A stretch of 64,000 nt of DNA from Hypanus sabinus (GCF_030144855.1 NC_082706.1:171120001-171184000), one strand, 5' to 3'. Numbered from the stretch's first letter, positions 49,431 through 64,000 are shown. Numbers and translations: made by a program. The notes: generated by a model from the letters alone, not told the origin.

Positions 49431-52400
49431 TTTGAACTCTCATGTTAAATCCATCACTTGTTGTTGTCAGTGGGATACACTGCCTGCAAAAATGGAGTTG
49501 TGGGCTTTTAAACCTGTCCTTAGTTTGTTCTGTTCAGTGGATGATGAGTCTGATATGACGTGAGATGTGGTTCTGTAAAACTGAGGTTATGATGGTAGTC
49601 TGAGGGGACCTCTCCCCTAGTGCATTCTAGCTACAAGATTAGGTAGACCCATTTCCTAAGTTTTGTCATCAGCGTCACTGACCGGTCTTCTTCCCCTTAA
49701 AAAAAATGTTAATCACCTGCAATTAAGGGTCTTGCCAGAGCCTTTAAGTAATTAGCTATATTATGAAATTGAATCAAGATGTGAGAACTGGAGAGGTGTC
49801 TGACCTTTATGACTTTTGTATGATTAATTGAGTTGTTTCATTACTATGTAGTGGGATGTGTACGGTGTTGTAGCGGTACCAATTTATAAATTACCATATT
49901 TATCATTCCACTTGGACTCAGCCTTTAGACTATAGGTCTGTTGCATAACTATTATATTGGGACATCAAAGACCTTGCTTTTAACCTACACCCCCTGAACA
50001 CGGCTGATTTGGCATGAAAGGACCCACGAAGGTGTAGAGATGGCCCAAACAGAACATGGTTATACAACCAGTCAATGGCTCAGTACACACCTTTGACTTT
50101 TGTAAGTTTTTCATTATGTAATTGTCAATGAAATGTTTTCTGATCTTTCACTGAAATACAAGTCATAGCATTTAGTAACATTGTTTCACAGTAATGACAC
50201 TTCAGACCAAGTGAGGCTGCAGCAGAACTGTTTTATTATAGTAAATTTGTTTACAAAAATGCAGGTTATCTGGCACAATAAATAATCAGTTTGCTTTTGA
50301 AGCATTTCTTTGGATGTAAAGATTAAATTCTAAAGTTTTTTTTACTGTAGTTTTAAGTTGTAAAAGCTTTTTTAAAAACATCATTTATGCCTATATTTGT
50401 ACAGATACCAGTAGTATGTAAATACATTGATAAGTGTATACATAAGCAAAATGTTTTCCATTCTGAACAAGATAGCAATTGATAAAATAAAAGTAGTACA
50501 AAATCCAATGTGGAATGCGGTTAGTTTCTTCCATCAGTGTTGGTTTACTTTAAACTAATATGTCTTAAACCAATTAAATATCTAATTGTGTTTACATCTA
50601 TTTCAGTTTCACTTAAAACCCACTGAACTCTTACACTTCCATTATACAGAAGTAGGGGGCAATAAAGTTTTTTTTGCAATCTTTTATTTCCACATGGAGA
50701 TGCAAAATATGCACGTATCGTAACATAGATGTAATAATTCTGTTAGGGCGGGGTAGTAAAGAGGGAATGATCTGCATGAAATGCTACAATGTTTTCAGAA
50801 TTAAATGCACCATAGCTCATGTCATTTGAACAATCCTCAGTTATACAGAGAGGCCAAGCATGTCAATACCTAATCAACTTTGGGCCAGACAATTCTTACC
50901 ATCACCTTTTGCCACAACTACATAACTTGTAACTTCACACAAAGACTAGGTACTTAAGAATTTTTGTAGCACTTTTGCCATTTGATTTCCCTACTTTAAT
51001 TGAATTATAGATCTATAGTAACAGATAAAGAAAGGGAAAGTTCATAGCACCACGAGGAATGGTTTCCTCCAACCAATGTGAATTAGCAGCAAAATATATA
51101 CTTCAAAAAAATGTTGCAGGAGTGTTCCCCACCAAATTTGCTTCACTTGTACCACAATAGTTTCACTTGTGTATTTTCCTGTCTGTATAAATAGTTATTT
51201 ACAGAGAGCTGATGGGACGGCAGCAGCAAAGAACCATCATATCAGATACTGGTTATTGTAATGTTGACTTGAATGTAAAGTAAACTCCCTAAGTGAGACA
51301 CAGCAACTGTGCAAGCATATACAACACTTTTTAATAAAAGAAATGCTATGACATTTGTACCTGCTAAAAGTTAAATAAAAAATGTAAAATTTTATATACA
51401 AATTTATTTTATAATCTAATGATCTAATATGAAATCTAATGGCACTTGAAACAAGTTTGTAATGATGGTTAAAGATACGACCTTCAAGAGATACTCTTAA
51501 AGGATTAATGAATATGAAAGTGCTAAAAATATATAGATTATTTTGCACATATTCTGTAGACAAAGCTACAACTTGGACTATTTACTATATGTGTTGCAAC
51601 AATAGTCTAACATTTTACTTTTATGCTTCTATAAAAACAACTGTACCTTTACACAATTTTGAAAAATATAACATTTAACATCATGAAAATTCAATTTCTC
51701 AAGCAGCATGCACTTGCTTGTGCTTTAGTTGACTTATGAAAAAAACAATCATGTGAAAAGGGTAACTGTTTAAAATTCACCAACCTATTAGAGTTTGGAT
51801 ACAATTTATATGCCAGGATTGATCATAACAATCCATTTTGTTTACAGGAGATTATTTTCAGAATAAATCAGACTTTTGCCCACCGCCCCCCATTTATCAG
51901 AGATTGGTTTTCTAATATAAACTATCCATGTGTCATGGGGGCTTCTTCTCAGACTCCTAAACTGATAGCTCTATTTATTCATAAGCAGGCATCCTTGCAT
52001 ACAAAGGTTTTCTCTTGACCAAATCTAAAATAAAGTCAGATTTAAATGAGACATTCACAATGTAAAGAAATATCCTTCCTTTTGAAGAGAGCTTACATAT
52101 CTAGAACTGTAATTGTGGTTTCATTTACACACTGTCTGTAAAATACAAACATTAAACAACACTGGTCATCTTCACACCATTTCCATTTCAGTTGTGTTGC
52201 AACCACAGTTTTACTTACTCGGTCTATCTCCGTGCCCAAGCAAAGAATTCTTACTTCAGTTTTAAATATAAGCCATATCATTCCAATTTTAGTTTTCCTA
52301 AAAAAAGGACCCCGACTCCCGAAGGAGCATCAGAAGTTTGAAATACAAATAGAAGTACAAATTTAAAATCTCAGCAGGTCATATAGCACCTATAAAGAGA

Positions 52401-54949
52401 GAAGCCCTCCTGGCCAAGAACATCTATCTGAAAGTTCACCTGTTTGGCTCTCTGTAAGATGCTGCTTGACTGGAAAATTTCTAAATTCCAACGTTAGTGT
52501 GAGCATTATTTTTAAGCAATTAAATTCATGGTTGAAAATTTATAGACAACATGTATCTGAATTTGAAGCAAGGTTTCAATGTAACCAGCTACGTAGCATT
52601 TGCTTGGTTCAGTATGCAATGCATTATATAATGTTTAAGTTTTTAAATAATGCAATGCACCAATATACGAGATTTTCTTCACACCCCAAGTATTTTCAAA
52701 TCTATAATTTTTGCATTTATTCTGTTTCAAATGAATTTAAGGATTGCAATCTTATGAACTAAGCACTTTATCCAGTAGCTAATGGACTTGATACAATTAA
52801 AATACTTGTCATTAATTACTTGTTTCAAGCATCTACCCATGCAAGGTAAACCATCCATTCAACAGCACTGGCAACGATATGTTGAACTATACATTACATA
52901 CAAGAGGCACCTATCCCACTGCATTGAATAATGGCCCACCATACAGTCATGACGAATGTATCATGGTCAGTTAAAATTCTAATTTATATCTCAGAATTTA
53001 AGCATATACTGTACCCTTCCACCAAAAAATAGGTTTAATTTATAAATGGTTAGATACTAACTTTCAAATTCACATAGCATATGACCAGAGGCATATTCCA
53101 TTTCTGAAAGTAATTAAAAAATGTCTTCGAATATAGTCAAGATTTCCACCCAGTGTCACTGCACACAAAATCTTTAGTGCTCGTACAAAATTCATGCCGA
53201 TTTAACATTTAATTGATGTTTAATTGAATTGTTGATCAATATAATTTAAGATCAGTTTGACTTTACCATAAAGGAAACCAGATTAAAAATCATAAGGTAG
53301 CCATCATGGAGTCTCAATGGGTTGAATAAACTGCACATTTTGCCTGGGCACTTTGCTTATGCTCATGATAAAGGGATACTCTCGAGAAATCTGATCTCAT
53401 CAAGATTAATTGTTAGAACTAAACAAAGAAGTCTGAAATTAGATTCTTAACTTAAAATAAAACCTGACATGATGAACTACATCTTAGGAGGGATAAGGTC
53501 ACTGTAAAGACAATGGCTGCATTGTTGATGATCTTAAAAAACTAATAAAGTGGTTCAAGCAATTAAAAGATTAGCATGGTAATGTCACTACTATATAAAA
53601 TGGAGGAGAAAGCAAAGAAGAGAAATACAGATTCTCAAGGCTTTCAGTAAACATTGTTTGGAAAGATCTGTCTATCTCATACATGAGGCAGGTAACAAAA
53701 CATGGAGTGTGTTGGTCTTTACTGAAAAGATATGTGTATACATATAGAATTCTTCCTGCAATTATACCAGGCACTTTGGTGAGAACGGCTCTATGTAAAA
53801 CTTGTGTCCAGTTTTAAACTCCACTCCCAAAGGAAGATACGCTTGCTCAACGTGGTGTTCTGATGATCTGCTACGGTCTTCATTAAATATTTATCATTCT
53901 ACAAAACTTTGATAAGGGAGATACCATTTTAACAGCCTGAAAATCAAGAATTAACAACATCCTCTCAGGGAAAGGATTGGCCATTTGACAGTGAGGTAAA
54001 TTTCTTCAGGAATTGCAAGTCTTTTTCCCCAGGGATACATAATTGTAATGTACACTTGCCTGGAGAATGTATTTCAAAAGCATAGGTTGGTAAGGTTAGG
54101 CTTGATTGAATAAAGAGATAAGGCAATTGGTCAGATATCAGACCAGGGGTCAAACAAGTTAATTGAACAGACTCCAAATCATATTGTAGAATGACTAATA
54201 CTGCACCATTACAGTAGTACAGTAAAGAACATATTTCTTGACTAGTAATTTTTAATAAGCTACTTTATATGCATTACAATTTTCTGCTGAAGCACAAACT
54301 GCAATAATTATAATTTTGTATGTTATTTCATGAAAAAATGTTGATTCCAAGACATTACTGAATATTAATAGCATAGAAAATGGTATTCAGATGTGGAATC
54401 AATGCATTTCAAAATTCATTATTTTACAAGAAATTGCAAGTATACAAGGTCCCTAACAAAAAACTTAAAGTACTCCTAAATTTCCTCCTCTTGTTTACAT
54501 TTACTGGTGCTAAGCATTAGTCCAGCACCTCCTCAGTTTGTCCATTCTTTATGTAAATTCAGCAGAGTTTCTATTAGTTTTGTGTTTATTTGGGGAAAGG
54601 AAATGAGAGTAAAAAGTAATCCAAGAGTTTAGAGGTTGCTCCACCAACATGGCTAATCACTGACCTCCAGTTTGATTTCTTGTCCAAATTTCTTCTTCCC
54701 TTAATTCAATCAAATTACCAATCTTTGTTCCAAATGCACAGCACTCAGTATACATTGTCCCCAAGCATACATAGTTGGAAAAACCTGCACTCCCTTAAAA
54801 AAATGTATTTAATTCCCAAATCACCAAACCTATATTTCACAGGATGCTAAAAATTGTTCATTTTGCAGCTCTTCAGCTTGTGTCCCATCTGTATTTTTTC
54901 CCATAAAATTCCACTAAGAATATACTAGGAAACATGAAATCTATGCTCT

Positions 54950-55563
54950 TTTACAAGAGCAAGGATGTCCTTTTGCATTTGTACAGGGCCCTGGTGAGAC
55001 CACACCTGGAATATTGTGTACAGTTTTGGTCTCCAGGTTTAAGGAAGGACATTCTGGCAATTGAGGAAGTGCAGCGTAGATTCACTAGGTTGATTCCTGG
55101 GATGGCAGGGCTGTCTTATGCAGAGAGATTGGAGAGATTGGGCTTGTACACCCTGGAATTGAGGAGATTGAGAGGGGATCTGATTGAAACGTTTAAGATA
55201 ATTAAAGGATTTGATAGGATTGAGGCAGGAAATATGTTCCAGATGTTGGGAGAGTCCAGTACCAGAGGGCATGGATTGAGAATAAGAGGTCAGTTATTTA
55301 AAACAGAGTTGAGGAAGAGCTTCTTCTCCCAGGGAGTTGTGGAGGTGTGGAATGCACTGCCTCGGAAGACGGTGGAGGCCAATTCTCTGGATGCTTTCAA
55401 GAAGGAGCTAGATAGATATCTGATGGATGGGGGAATCAAGGGATATGGGGACAAGGCAGGGACTGGGTATTGATAGTGAATGATCAGCCATGATCTCAGA
55501 ATGGCGGTGCAGACTCGAGGGGCCGAATGGTCTACTTCTGCACCTATTGTCTATTGTCTATTG
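54950..55563 (+). mobile_element. Well-preserved CR1 (HER1-like) 3' fragment with uninterrupted ORF2 C-terminus
   Basis: YKSKDVLLHLYRALVRPHLEYCVQFWSP...GIKGYGDKAGTGY*; tail (ctattgt)n. Confidence 0.95.
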
Positions 55564-58500
55564 ACCTTAACATCTTCCTGGACTAGTGATATTCAAAGAC
55601 AGAGCTATATAGAACTGCTAAGAGATGAGTGTTTAACAATTTCGGGAACATTTGTTTTTAAGGTATGTCCTTTCAGTTCTATTTCCTGCTCTTTTTCATC
55701 ATCCATAACGGGAGCTTCTTTCCCTCTGCCATCCGATTTCTAAATAGACACTGAACCCAGTAACACTACCTCAGTACTTCTTACTTTTGCTTTTTTTGCA
55801 CTACTTATTTCGACTTTATATATACACACACACAATGTAATTCTGTTTTTTAACTATTAAATATATATTTAATGTAATTCCATTTTTCTCTATATTTATT
55901 TATCATGTATTTCATTGTGCAGCTGCTGTAAATTTCACAATACATGCCAGTGATATTGAACCTGATTCTAAGCTCGTCTAGATATATGAAGATATTACTT
56001 CAACACAATAAATCTGATGTTCTGATATATATTTACTTTGATGTTGACGAGGTGAAAAGGAGCATATTGATTAATCAATGGAGAAATAGAAGACACAAGA
56101 AATCACACAGAAACTTAATCATTAGGACAATATTGTGAATAATTCTTGGACCATACTTCAAAAAAGGTTCAAAACTTTAAGAGCACTGAGGTGCACTGTG
56201 ATACTTTAACTGATAAGGGGCATACAGGGATATTTAGGTAAAAGTTTATACTGTATAATTAAAAGAATAGTTGTGAAGTTAAGAAGTGACACAGAAGATT
56301 TTAAGGGTGACAAGAGTTTGTGATACCATGCTCTCTAGCTTGGGGGAGATCATTACTAAACAAAACAGGAAACAAAATGCGATTTTCATTTCATTAGCAT
56401 CTTTAAAAGTAAGCTGGACAGGCGAAGTAAGGCTTGACTTGAGCCTTGAGGAAAAGGTCACTGCAGGGCTACAGAGGGAAAAGAAAATGCTTTCAAAGAG
56501 CCCAAAAACTTCCTCCTGCAATAATATTCTCTAATCCTAATAAATCTAGCAGCAGTAAAATATTTTCAATACTTGAATATTTTTTAACTTAATTCACAAA
56601 AAGATTTGAAATTAAACTACAAAAATCGATGAAATGTTAACTGATCTAATAAAAAATCCTATCCCACTTCTTCATTGATGGAGTAGGAAATAAAAGTACT
56701 AATTTTTAACAAAGGGTTTGTTTTGGTGAAGAAGCACTTTCAGTGAAGCCAAATGTTTATGGGGTGAAACTTGTCTTTGGCTGCTAGTATTAAATGTTTG
56801 TGAGAATTTGGGCCACCAGCTGAACTTGCCTGTGACTTGATTTTATGAAGTGTAAGGAACCAGATGTGCAGAGGTGAGTACAATTGGGAGCTATTATTCC
56901 AACCCCATTTAGTACTAGCAACCTGCATTCAAAGTAATGGGGTCAACACAGGCTCAAGAATAATAAATTTCATCATAGCAAATAGAAAGAAAAATCCATT
57001 TACGTGAACTGAAATAAATTTGCATCTCATTGGGTTGAAAACATTTTCGGTCAATGAATATTTAAAATATTGGGTCAACAGGAAATGACTAAATGCAAAA
57101 TTGTGAAAGAAACCAAAATTTAACATGACATAACCGAAGCAGTGAAGTAACATATCAAGGATTTATCAACTATTTGCTATTAATTCTTACGAGGAATGCA
57201 GAGACCAAATATAGATCTGATATAAAATACCTTGCAAATCACAGCTAAACAGTTTCTTTGGTACTTCCCTATATTCCACCTTTTTGGGCACCATTTATTT
57301 TAGTTTAGTAGTGTTCCATAAGCTAATATATTCAAACAGCCTATGTGACAGAAGCAAAACCAATTTCAAAGCATTTATATAGCAGGCAACCTTTTAGATC
57401 CCCTGGCAGAGCTGACCAATTTTACATGAACATTGACCTATCTGCTTTATAGACATCAGACTGTGTTTCCAGTATTTTGCTTTTACTTGACTTCCAATAC
57501 TTAAAATTTTATTTATCTATCTTAAGTTTGTGTGAGTTTCAATATAAATCCTTTGGTATCATCTTACAGCTAACTAATCACTTCGATTGTAACACATTCT
57601 TTACTAAGTATAGACTTACCATACTAAATTCAAAGTCCTATTTGTCGGCTGGTTACAGGGATTGAATAGCTAATTAAATCATGTTCACAGACCTTGTAGA
57701 TTATTGTTTAACAGTAGAATATTAAATTTTTGTATAAACAATGACATTCACGTAGTCTGAATAGTACAATGCAACAAATAGTATTCCTCAAAATGCTGCT
57801 CAAAATGAAATGAACTCTGCCATTTAAATCCAAATTAATAATTCCTTAATATGTCTATCTGATCTAATGTATAGTTGAAACACATACAGAAAACAAAGAA
57901 GATTAGCCTTAAATTTTGTTTCTCTCTCCACAGATGTTGCCTGGCCTGCTGAGTATTTTCATAATTTTCTAATTTTAATATAAGAAAAGGCTCAGTAAAT
58001 ACAATTGGTTTCAGCTGAAAACAGATGAGGGTTTCAGATCAAAATAAATCTTAAGATATCAATTTCTTTTACCTGCTAAACTATTACAAGTTCATATATT
58101 TTCAATTTTATAAATGATATAATCAATTTGAACAGTACAAAATGCACACATGGAGGTGAGTTAGTAAAATAGTTCAGGAAAACAAAGGAAATGTCTGAAG
58201 AAACTAGTCCAAAGCAGATGGAATAACTTCAGGTCAGGAGCAGACGATTGCACAAAGATGGGCCAAATTGTTATCTTAATGAGAAAATAGTTTCTCAACA
58301 CACACTACTTAGCTAATTGCTTGCTACTTGTGACAATGATGGCTTACCCAATACTCAAAATTATTTGAGAATTTGGTTAACGAAACAAGTAGAAATGCAA
58401 GTTAAATTTTATCAGAATATTTATTCCCCTTTACCAATTATTTCTTCACCTCTTAAGGCTGCGCTTAATTTTTGGACCTTGGGTATCACTTAAACTGTTC

Positions 58501-59441
58501 TACATTGAGGGCAAGTTCCACATATGTTGGATATAATTAATAATCTAATAGATGAAATAGTGTTATAAGATCAAAATGGAAAAAGTATATGTGGCTTTTA
58601 TTCATGTGTCTAATTCAGAAGTTTAAATCATAATCTTATTAAACTTAAGTTCTATGTGTCATTTAATCAATTTAAATTAGAAAGAAAAACTCTTATTTAT
58701 ACTGCCACTCTACAACAAGGAATTGAAAATTAATTAACGAACCATGTATCCGGTGTTCCATATTTTTGAAGATACAGAATCAAATCTGATGCGAAGTTTA
58801 TTTTTTTATATAAGTTTTCACCAGGAACTTTGTTAAGAAAATCCTTTGCATTTTTCTAAATGAAGTAAATGGATTACATATAAAACCAATTTTGTGCATT
58901 GATATGGCCAGAGTTCAAAAACTTTTTGGTGTTCCAGCATTTTTAAATGCAAAATGCATCTTCAAAACATCCAATAAGTGGAACTGTGCAAAATTATTTA
59001 ACAGAGCAGCAATCTTTTAGTTTGCTTAAAAGATATAAAGCACTGTGAATTTTGCAGTCACTATCTGTTATATGAATCTGAAAGACTGATTATGGTGTCA
59101 GTACAGCCTAAAATTAGAACTCAACAATCATTGCAATGAAAGGGTTCAGGGCTGTGCCATTTTGTATCAATTCTTATTGTAAACATCTAGGCTGTCAGTG
59201 AGTCTATTATTGATGGTTTAGACTCAAATTTACTCTTAGTGTCTATTATTAGAAATCGACTGCTAAATAGAATATTCCTATTATGACCACAAATAAACAG
59301 TATTGTATATTTTTTGCCTGTGGTGGTCATTCACAAAGCAGCACTGTTGTTACAACCAGAGATGTACAGTCTAATTCCTTAATGTTTCATCAGGATAATT
59401 GCTTTTACAATAAAGGAAATGGTTAAGAAATATCATACTAT

Positions 59442-60705
59442 CTACTGAAAAGCCTGGTGAAAACGTGGCAGGGTTGTTGTGCTTAAACCAGTAGTGAAAA
59501 CTGTAGATAAGGGATGGAGAGCATTGAGACCAATGCTGTTACCAGTTTCATGTGAATCCTGGTACTGGGGTGGGAGAGGAATTAAGGATGTATGAGGTTC
59601 CTCTTGGGTATAACACATACCAGAATTGCCCGAAGAAACTGGCTGATTGTATGAAGAGTTATTTAAAGGTAAGAAACTTAATAACTGAGAAAAGTCTGCT
59701 GATGAAGTATTTAGAGGTTCACTGAGGAGTGCTGGGCTTTTAGAAAGCAAAACATCCCCACATCCATCAGCCAAAGATCCTGGCTGCGACTCCATGCCCT
59801 GTTTTGATGAGGATGATTGAGTGTCATGGGCAGAGGGGAGTAAATCACTATGTAAATCCATTAAGTAGCTGTCTATTTCACTTTTTAATGGTTGTCCTTT
59901 ATCAGGCATTGCAATGGCATATGAGGTAGAACCAAGAAAATATTTTGAGGAAAGTTCTTGAGGAGCACGAATTGAAGTCTCAATGTCTAGTGGGCAACCC
60001 ATCCCCAATGGTAATGGAGAAGAGACCATTTGATTTGTTGCCCCTAATGTTTGCATGGTCTGAATATGGGCACTGTAGATATTCATTTGTAAAGTGTTTG
60101 TAAATGATCTAGTTGTCAACTCACTGGAAACCACTGACATCACTGGACTTAGCTCATCTTTTAATGACAATGTAGTATTTGAACTAAGTATATCCATAAG
60201 ATCTGCTGGTTCAGTTTTCACCTTTAGCAGTTCCTGAGAGTGACTTTTCTTCATATGGCGGGTCAGGTGGTCCTTCCGCCCAAATCTCTGGGCACAATAC
60301 TGACAAAGGAAGTCTTTCCTTCCTGTATGCACTACCATGTGTCTTCGAACATCTTTACGAGTGTAGAAAGAACGGTCACAATGGTCGCAATGATGTTTTT
60401 TTTCTTTTGTGCCACTTGTCGACTTGCCAGCATGTGTCTTCAGATGCTCCAGTAACACTCCTGTGCTTTCAAATGTTTGTAAGCACACTTTACAAGTAAG
60501 GTCACCACTAGTTGCAGCATGCAGAGCTAAATGACGCTTATAACCAAGCTTTGTATTGTAGCTTTTCCCACATTCCTCACACTTGAAGGCTTCCTTATTT
60601 GGATCATGAGTTTGCAGATGATTCTTTAGATGATCTTTACGATGGAACATTTTCTCACAGTAAGTACACTTGTGGGTCTTCTGAGGTGAATGGGTGGCCA
60701 TATGC
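59442..60705 (-). CDS. PLAG1: Zinc finger protein PLAG1, terminal coding exon (end of ZF2, ZF3-7, transactivation domain); upstream exons outside the window
   Basis: Acceptor ttcaag|G CAT ATG; HMATHSPQKTHKCTYCEKMFHRKDHLKNHL...; SUMO-consensus VKTE, LKDE, LKSE; C-terminus TTTLPRFHQAFQ*; adjacency to MOS favours PLAG1 over PLAGL2. Confidence 0.96.
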
Positions 60706-60794
60706 CTTGAACAGACACAATTGGTTATTTATTCTGGTAAGTTCCAGTGTACCACTCTCCTTGTTTGGAGATGGGTATTTTGTAACGTATAATA

Positions 60795-61010
60795 CAATAA
60801 CTGCAGATTTCAGAAATACAACAAATACTGGAAACACTCAGCAAGTCAGGCAGTGTTAGTGGAAAGTTGAATGGCCTAATTTTGCTCCTACGTCATATGG
60901 TCTCATGGAAAGAGAAACAGTTAACATTTTGGATCTAGGTCTAAAGTATTAATTGCTTCTTGTTCCAGATATTGCCTGAAATGTTGAGCTTGTCTAGTAC
61001 TTTCTATTTT
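60795..61010. repeat. Old palindromic element copy (with a short CR1-tail insert) in the PLAG1 intron
   Basis: aaatactggaaacactcagcaagtcaggcag ... cagatattgcctgaaatgttgag. Confidence 0.55.
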
Positions 61011-63024
61011 CAAATTGGTAAAATATGTTGCCTGATTATAATTAAATCTAGCAAAATCAATATCCTAAACTTGATTTTGTCTATTAATCAATGTGGCAAT
61101 GGCCTATAAATTTAACATGTAGAAACAGATTTAGACATTCTTAATAATCAAAAAAATTTAAAATCACTGAATATATTGGATTAAACTCATGCCCAGCTAA
61201 AATTAACTACATATAATTTAGGGATTCTGAGAATTACAGTTTGGACTAAGGTACTCCTTAGCAGTTTTTGCATGAGTAAATTTCCTTTCTTTTAATTTTT
61301 TTTATTATCCAGAATATTAATGTGAATTCTGACTGTACAAAAGCCAATCATTCAAGTTTATGAAATTATGAAGGACAGACTATGCAGAGCTTTGATCCGA
61401 AGTGTTAACCTGTCTCTCAGGTTTCTGTGCTGTGAAATGAGGGTAAATAAAACCAGCAGACAGAATCAGAGTCCCAAATCTATCAGTTCAGTCTGCAGCT
61501 GGAGATCCCATGGAATCCCCTGGCAAGGCCCAGTCTTGCTGAGTTTCCTTGTCTCTTGGATACTGTGCCAGATCTGATTTCAAAGAGGATTGCAAGTATA
61601 TGGCTGATGAGGCTAGGGGGAAAGTGCTATTTCTTTTACAAATTTACTTTAGATTAGAGGTTAATTGTGTACAAATGTTTTATTTTTTAATTACTCTTTT
61701 CTAATTATTTATTTCAATTTTAATTTGAAATGGCATCGAATACGAGAGATATTAAAATGGTGGTCTTGCTAACTGTTAGAACTCTCCTTGGCCTCACTGC
61801 TCTCAGGAGCCCTACTGTAATCTGAAATATAGGGTCTCCATTTATACTGCAGGTATGCATGGAAATAGACAGAATGCAGGTCAAAATTGCCGTCAAGCTA
61901 TTGCAGGAAACTTTTAGTTTATAAACCAAAATATAAAAGACGTTATTTTAAACTCAGAATAAGTGGTGTATACATTTTGATGTAGATAGACAGTTGGTAA
62001 AGTTTCATGTTTTCCTGGTGGTTTTGTATCAAGTTTCTGTGAGCTATTCTAAGATTTGATAATAACTCACACAGATTACAGTAGCTATTAAATAATGGTG
62101 AAAATGGGTATAAATCACAAAACATTCATATGACAATCTTCACTCCATCTAAAATTTGGGTACCTTTCCAGAAAAATTAATACATTTCCAAAACTCTTGC
62201 ATTCTTTAAGATGTCATGATTCACGTTAGTAAGTCACTCGCTCCAACAAATAAATGGAATAAAAAAGAACTGGTTTTCAATGATTTATGTACCACTTATA
62301 AAAGTGTTGCACTTTTGAGACATAGCATAATTTGCAATACTCTAATGGAATACTTTGAAAACAAGATTCATATTCTTGATGGCTGGAATTCAGGAAGGAT
62401 GATTTTTTTTCCTCTCAGTAATAAATTTGCTAAAGACTTAAAACATTGTAAAATCAATAATGTTTACCATGACATCATTCCTGAGTACTCATTTACATTG
62501 TTAGACCCGAACTTATCAAAAATGAATAACAAAACTAATGTTCTAAAGCTTATTGAAATGAATTTGAAGACTATCACAAAAGATATGAATAAATGCATTA
62601 AAAAGTTTTCACCATAGCTACAACAACCAGTTTGAGTTACAACCCCCTGTAAAAATGGAAAATAGGAATTTGATGCAGAAATAGTAAACATCCTTAATAT
62701 AAAATTATGAATAGTAACAATTAGAATATTTTATTTTCAAATAACTGTGTAAGATAATTAGCATCTTATTTTTAAGTAACTTTAAAAATTAATATGGACA
62801 GTGAAATTTGGTATCATAATTTGCTGTTACTTTGCACAGAAACATTTGCTAATCAACAATGTATTTTTCCTACAAATTTTCTTATCTCAAATATAAATGA
62901 TTTTTTTCCTGGTTATCATTCTGAAGTATTTACACCAGCAACATATTCTTAAACTTAATTATTTAACTTGTGGCAAAAGGAATGTTAAAAATCAGATCAA
63001 TCAGACCAAATGGAAAAATAAAGC

Positions 63025-63110
63025 ACTGAAGGACCCGAAATTGACCCGAAACATTAACTGATATCACCCCTTCAGATGCTGCCTGATCTTGCTGAGTATT
63101 TCTGGTAGTG
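63025..63110 (+). repeat. Right-arm remnant of the palindromic element
   Basis: ctgaagga...gacccgaaacatt...cagatgctgcctgatcttgctgagtatttctgg. Confidence 0.55.
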
Positions 63111-64000
63111 GTTCTTTTGTAAAAAACTCTTAAAATTTAGTTTACTTGACAATTTCTTTATCAATGCATTGCCATATCATAATGCAGTGGACAGTATCAA
63201 AACAAATCCATATTCACCTAAGCTGAAGTCCTAAATTATTAACATGGCAGTGCCACTGCTGATAGAACTACAAAGGTTATTGACAATCAGTAACATTTTA
63301 AAAGTTTTAGGTAACTTTAAGTACCTAAAAGACAGAATACTAAAGCATTAAATAATTAAGAACTTACCTTCACCGTTGCATTAACTGCAACAACACAGTC
63401 CCCATTACTGTCAATGAGGCACAGATCCTGTGCCAAGTTAAATCAGGCACTGAGCTCAACAGCCAATGTAATTTTTGCTCCCCCCATCTTTTCGTCTTGT
63501 TTTGCTCCCCTTTTCCCCAGTCACATCCCAATCCCTCTATGTCATATCCAAAAGCAGAGCAAACTGACTAAACTGACATTCAGTAAGTCTGGAATTTCTG
63601 TGTTAGATACTGCACGTGTGGACTTCTGGACTTGCTACCATTTAATACTGTTTTCTTTAAACCACTAAGACATAGGCTATTATTTTTTCAAGAATGGTGA
63701 AAATGCCCAAGATTTGAAAGAGTAGAAATATTGACAAGCATTCAAAGAAAAACTTTGATGTTAAGTTTTTCCTTTGATGCCTTGGCAATCCAGGTGCACA
63801 ATGTGGTCAAAATTCCACTAGTTGAGATTTTTGCCTCGTCTATATTCATCTCAGTGTCACATTGTAAAATTTGCAACATAGGTGCAGAAATTATTCAAGT
63901 TATGACATTTCCCCAATTGTTTATTTTTACATCAAAGTGCGCACTAATTTATAAGATCATTGCACCAATTTTGGGTTAATATTTAGCCATTATCAACTTA

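Noticed and set aside
54934-55473. 179-aa ATG-initiated ORF as a host or domesticated gene
   Set aside because: It is a CR1 ORF2 C-terminus with a chance upstream ATG from flanking DNA, lacks the RT core and ends in the LINE tail.
60699-60701. ATG of the 419-aa ORF as the PLAG1 start
   Set aside because: It is an internal Met just after a splice acceptor, within zinc finger 2; the true start exon is outside the window.
63362-63600. Perfect minus-strand donor AAG|GTAAGT as the upstream PLAG1 coding exon
   Set aside because: The upstream sequence does not encode the expected ZF1/ZF2 (…KAFVSKYKL.R); probably cryptic.

Overview
Vertebrate genomic DNA, most likely a cartilaginous fish and probably a batoid (inferred from the repeat repertoire: HER1-like CR1 LINEs, HE1-like SINEs, Rex1/Babar LINEs). 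It holds the conserved gnathostome block RPS20 - MOS - PLAG1, all on the minus strand. RPS20 is complete (4 coding exons, 119 aa, 5'TOP, CpG island) and hosts SNORD54/U54 in intron 2. MOS is intronless (332 aa). Only the large terminal exon of PLAG1 is present; its upstream exons lie beyond the window. Much of the rest is decayed transposons: CR1 (one near full-length with an esterase ORF1), Rex1/Babar, RTE, Tc1, a Tigger-like element, hAT MITEs, SINEs and a 194-bp solo LTR. There is one 132-N gap. Most interesting: (1) a recurrent ~200-bp palindromic element with a 13-bp TSD whose loop and right arm carry a minimal type-I hammerhead ribozyme motif of the Penelope-like kind; (2) two RPS20 5'UTR blocks that appear identical to human (recalled, not searched) and are complementary to each other; (3) an atypical C box in SNORD54; (4) two orphan CpG-retaining, promoter-like islands; (5) a very short predicted MOS 3'UTR with no canonical CPE. 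Repeat boundaries are approximate and no database searches were run.
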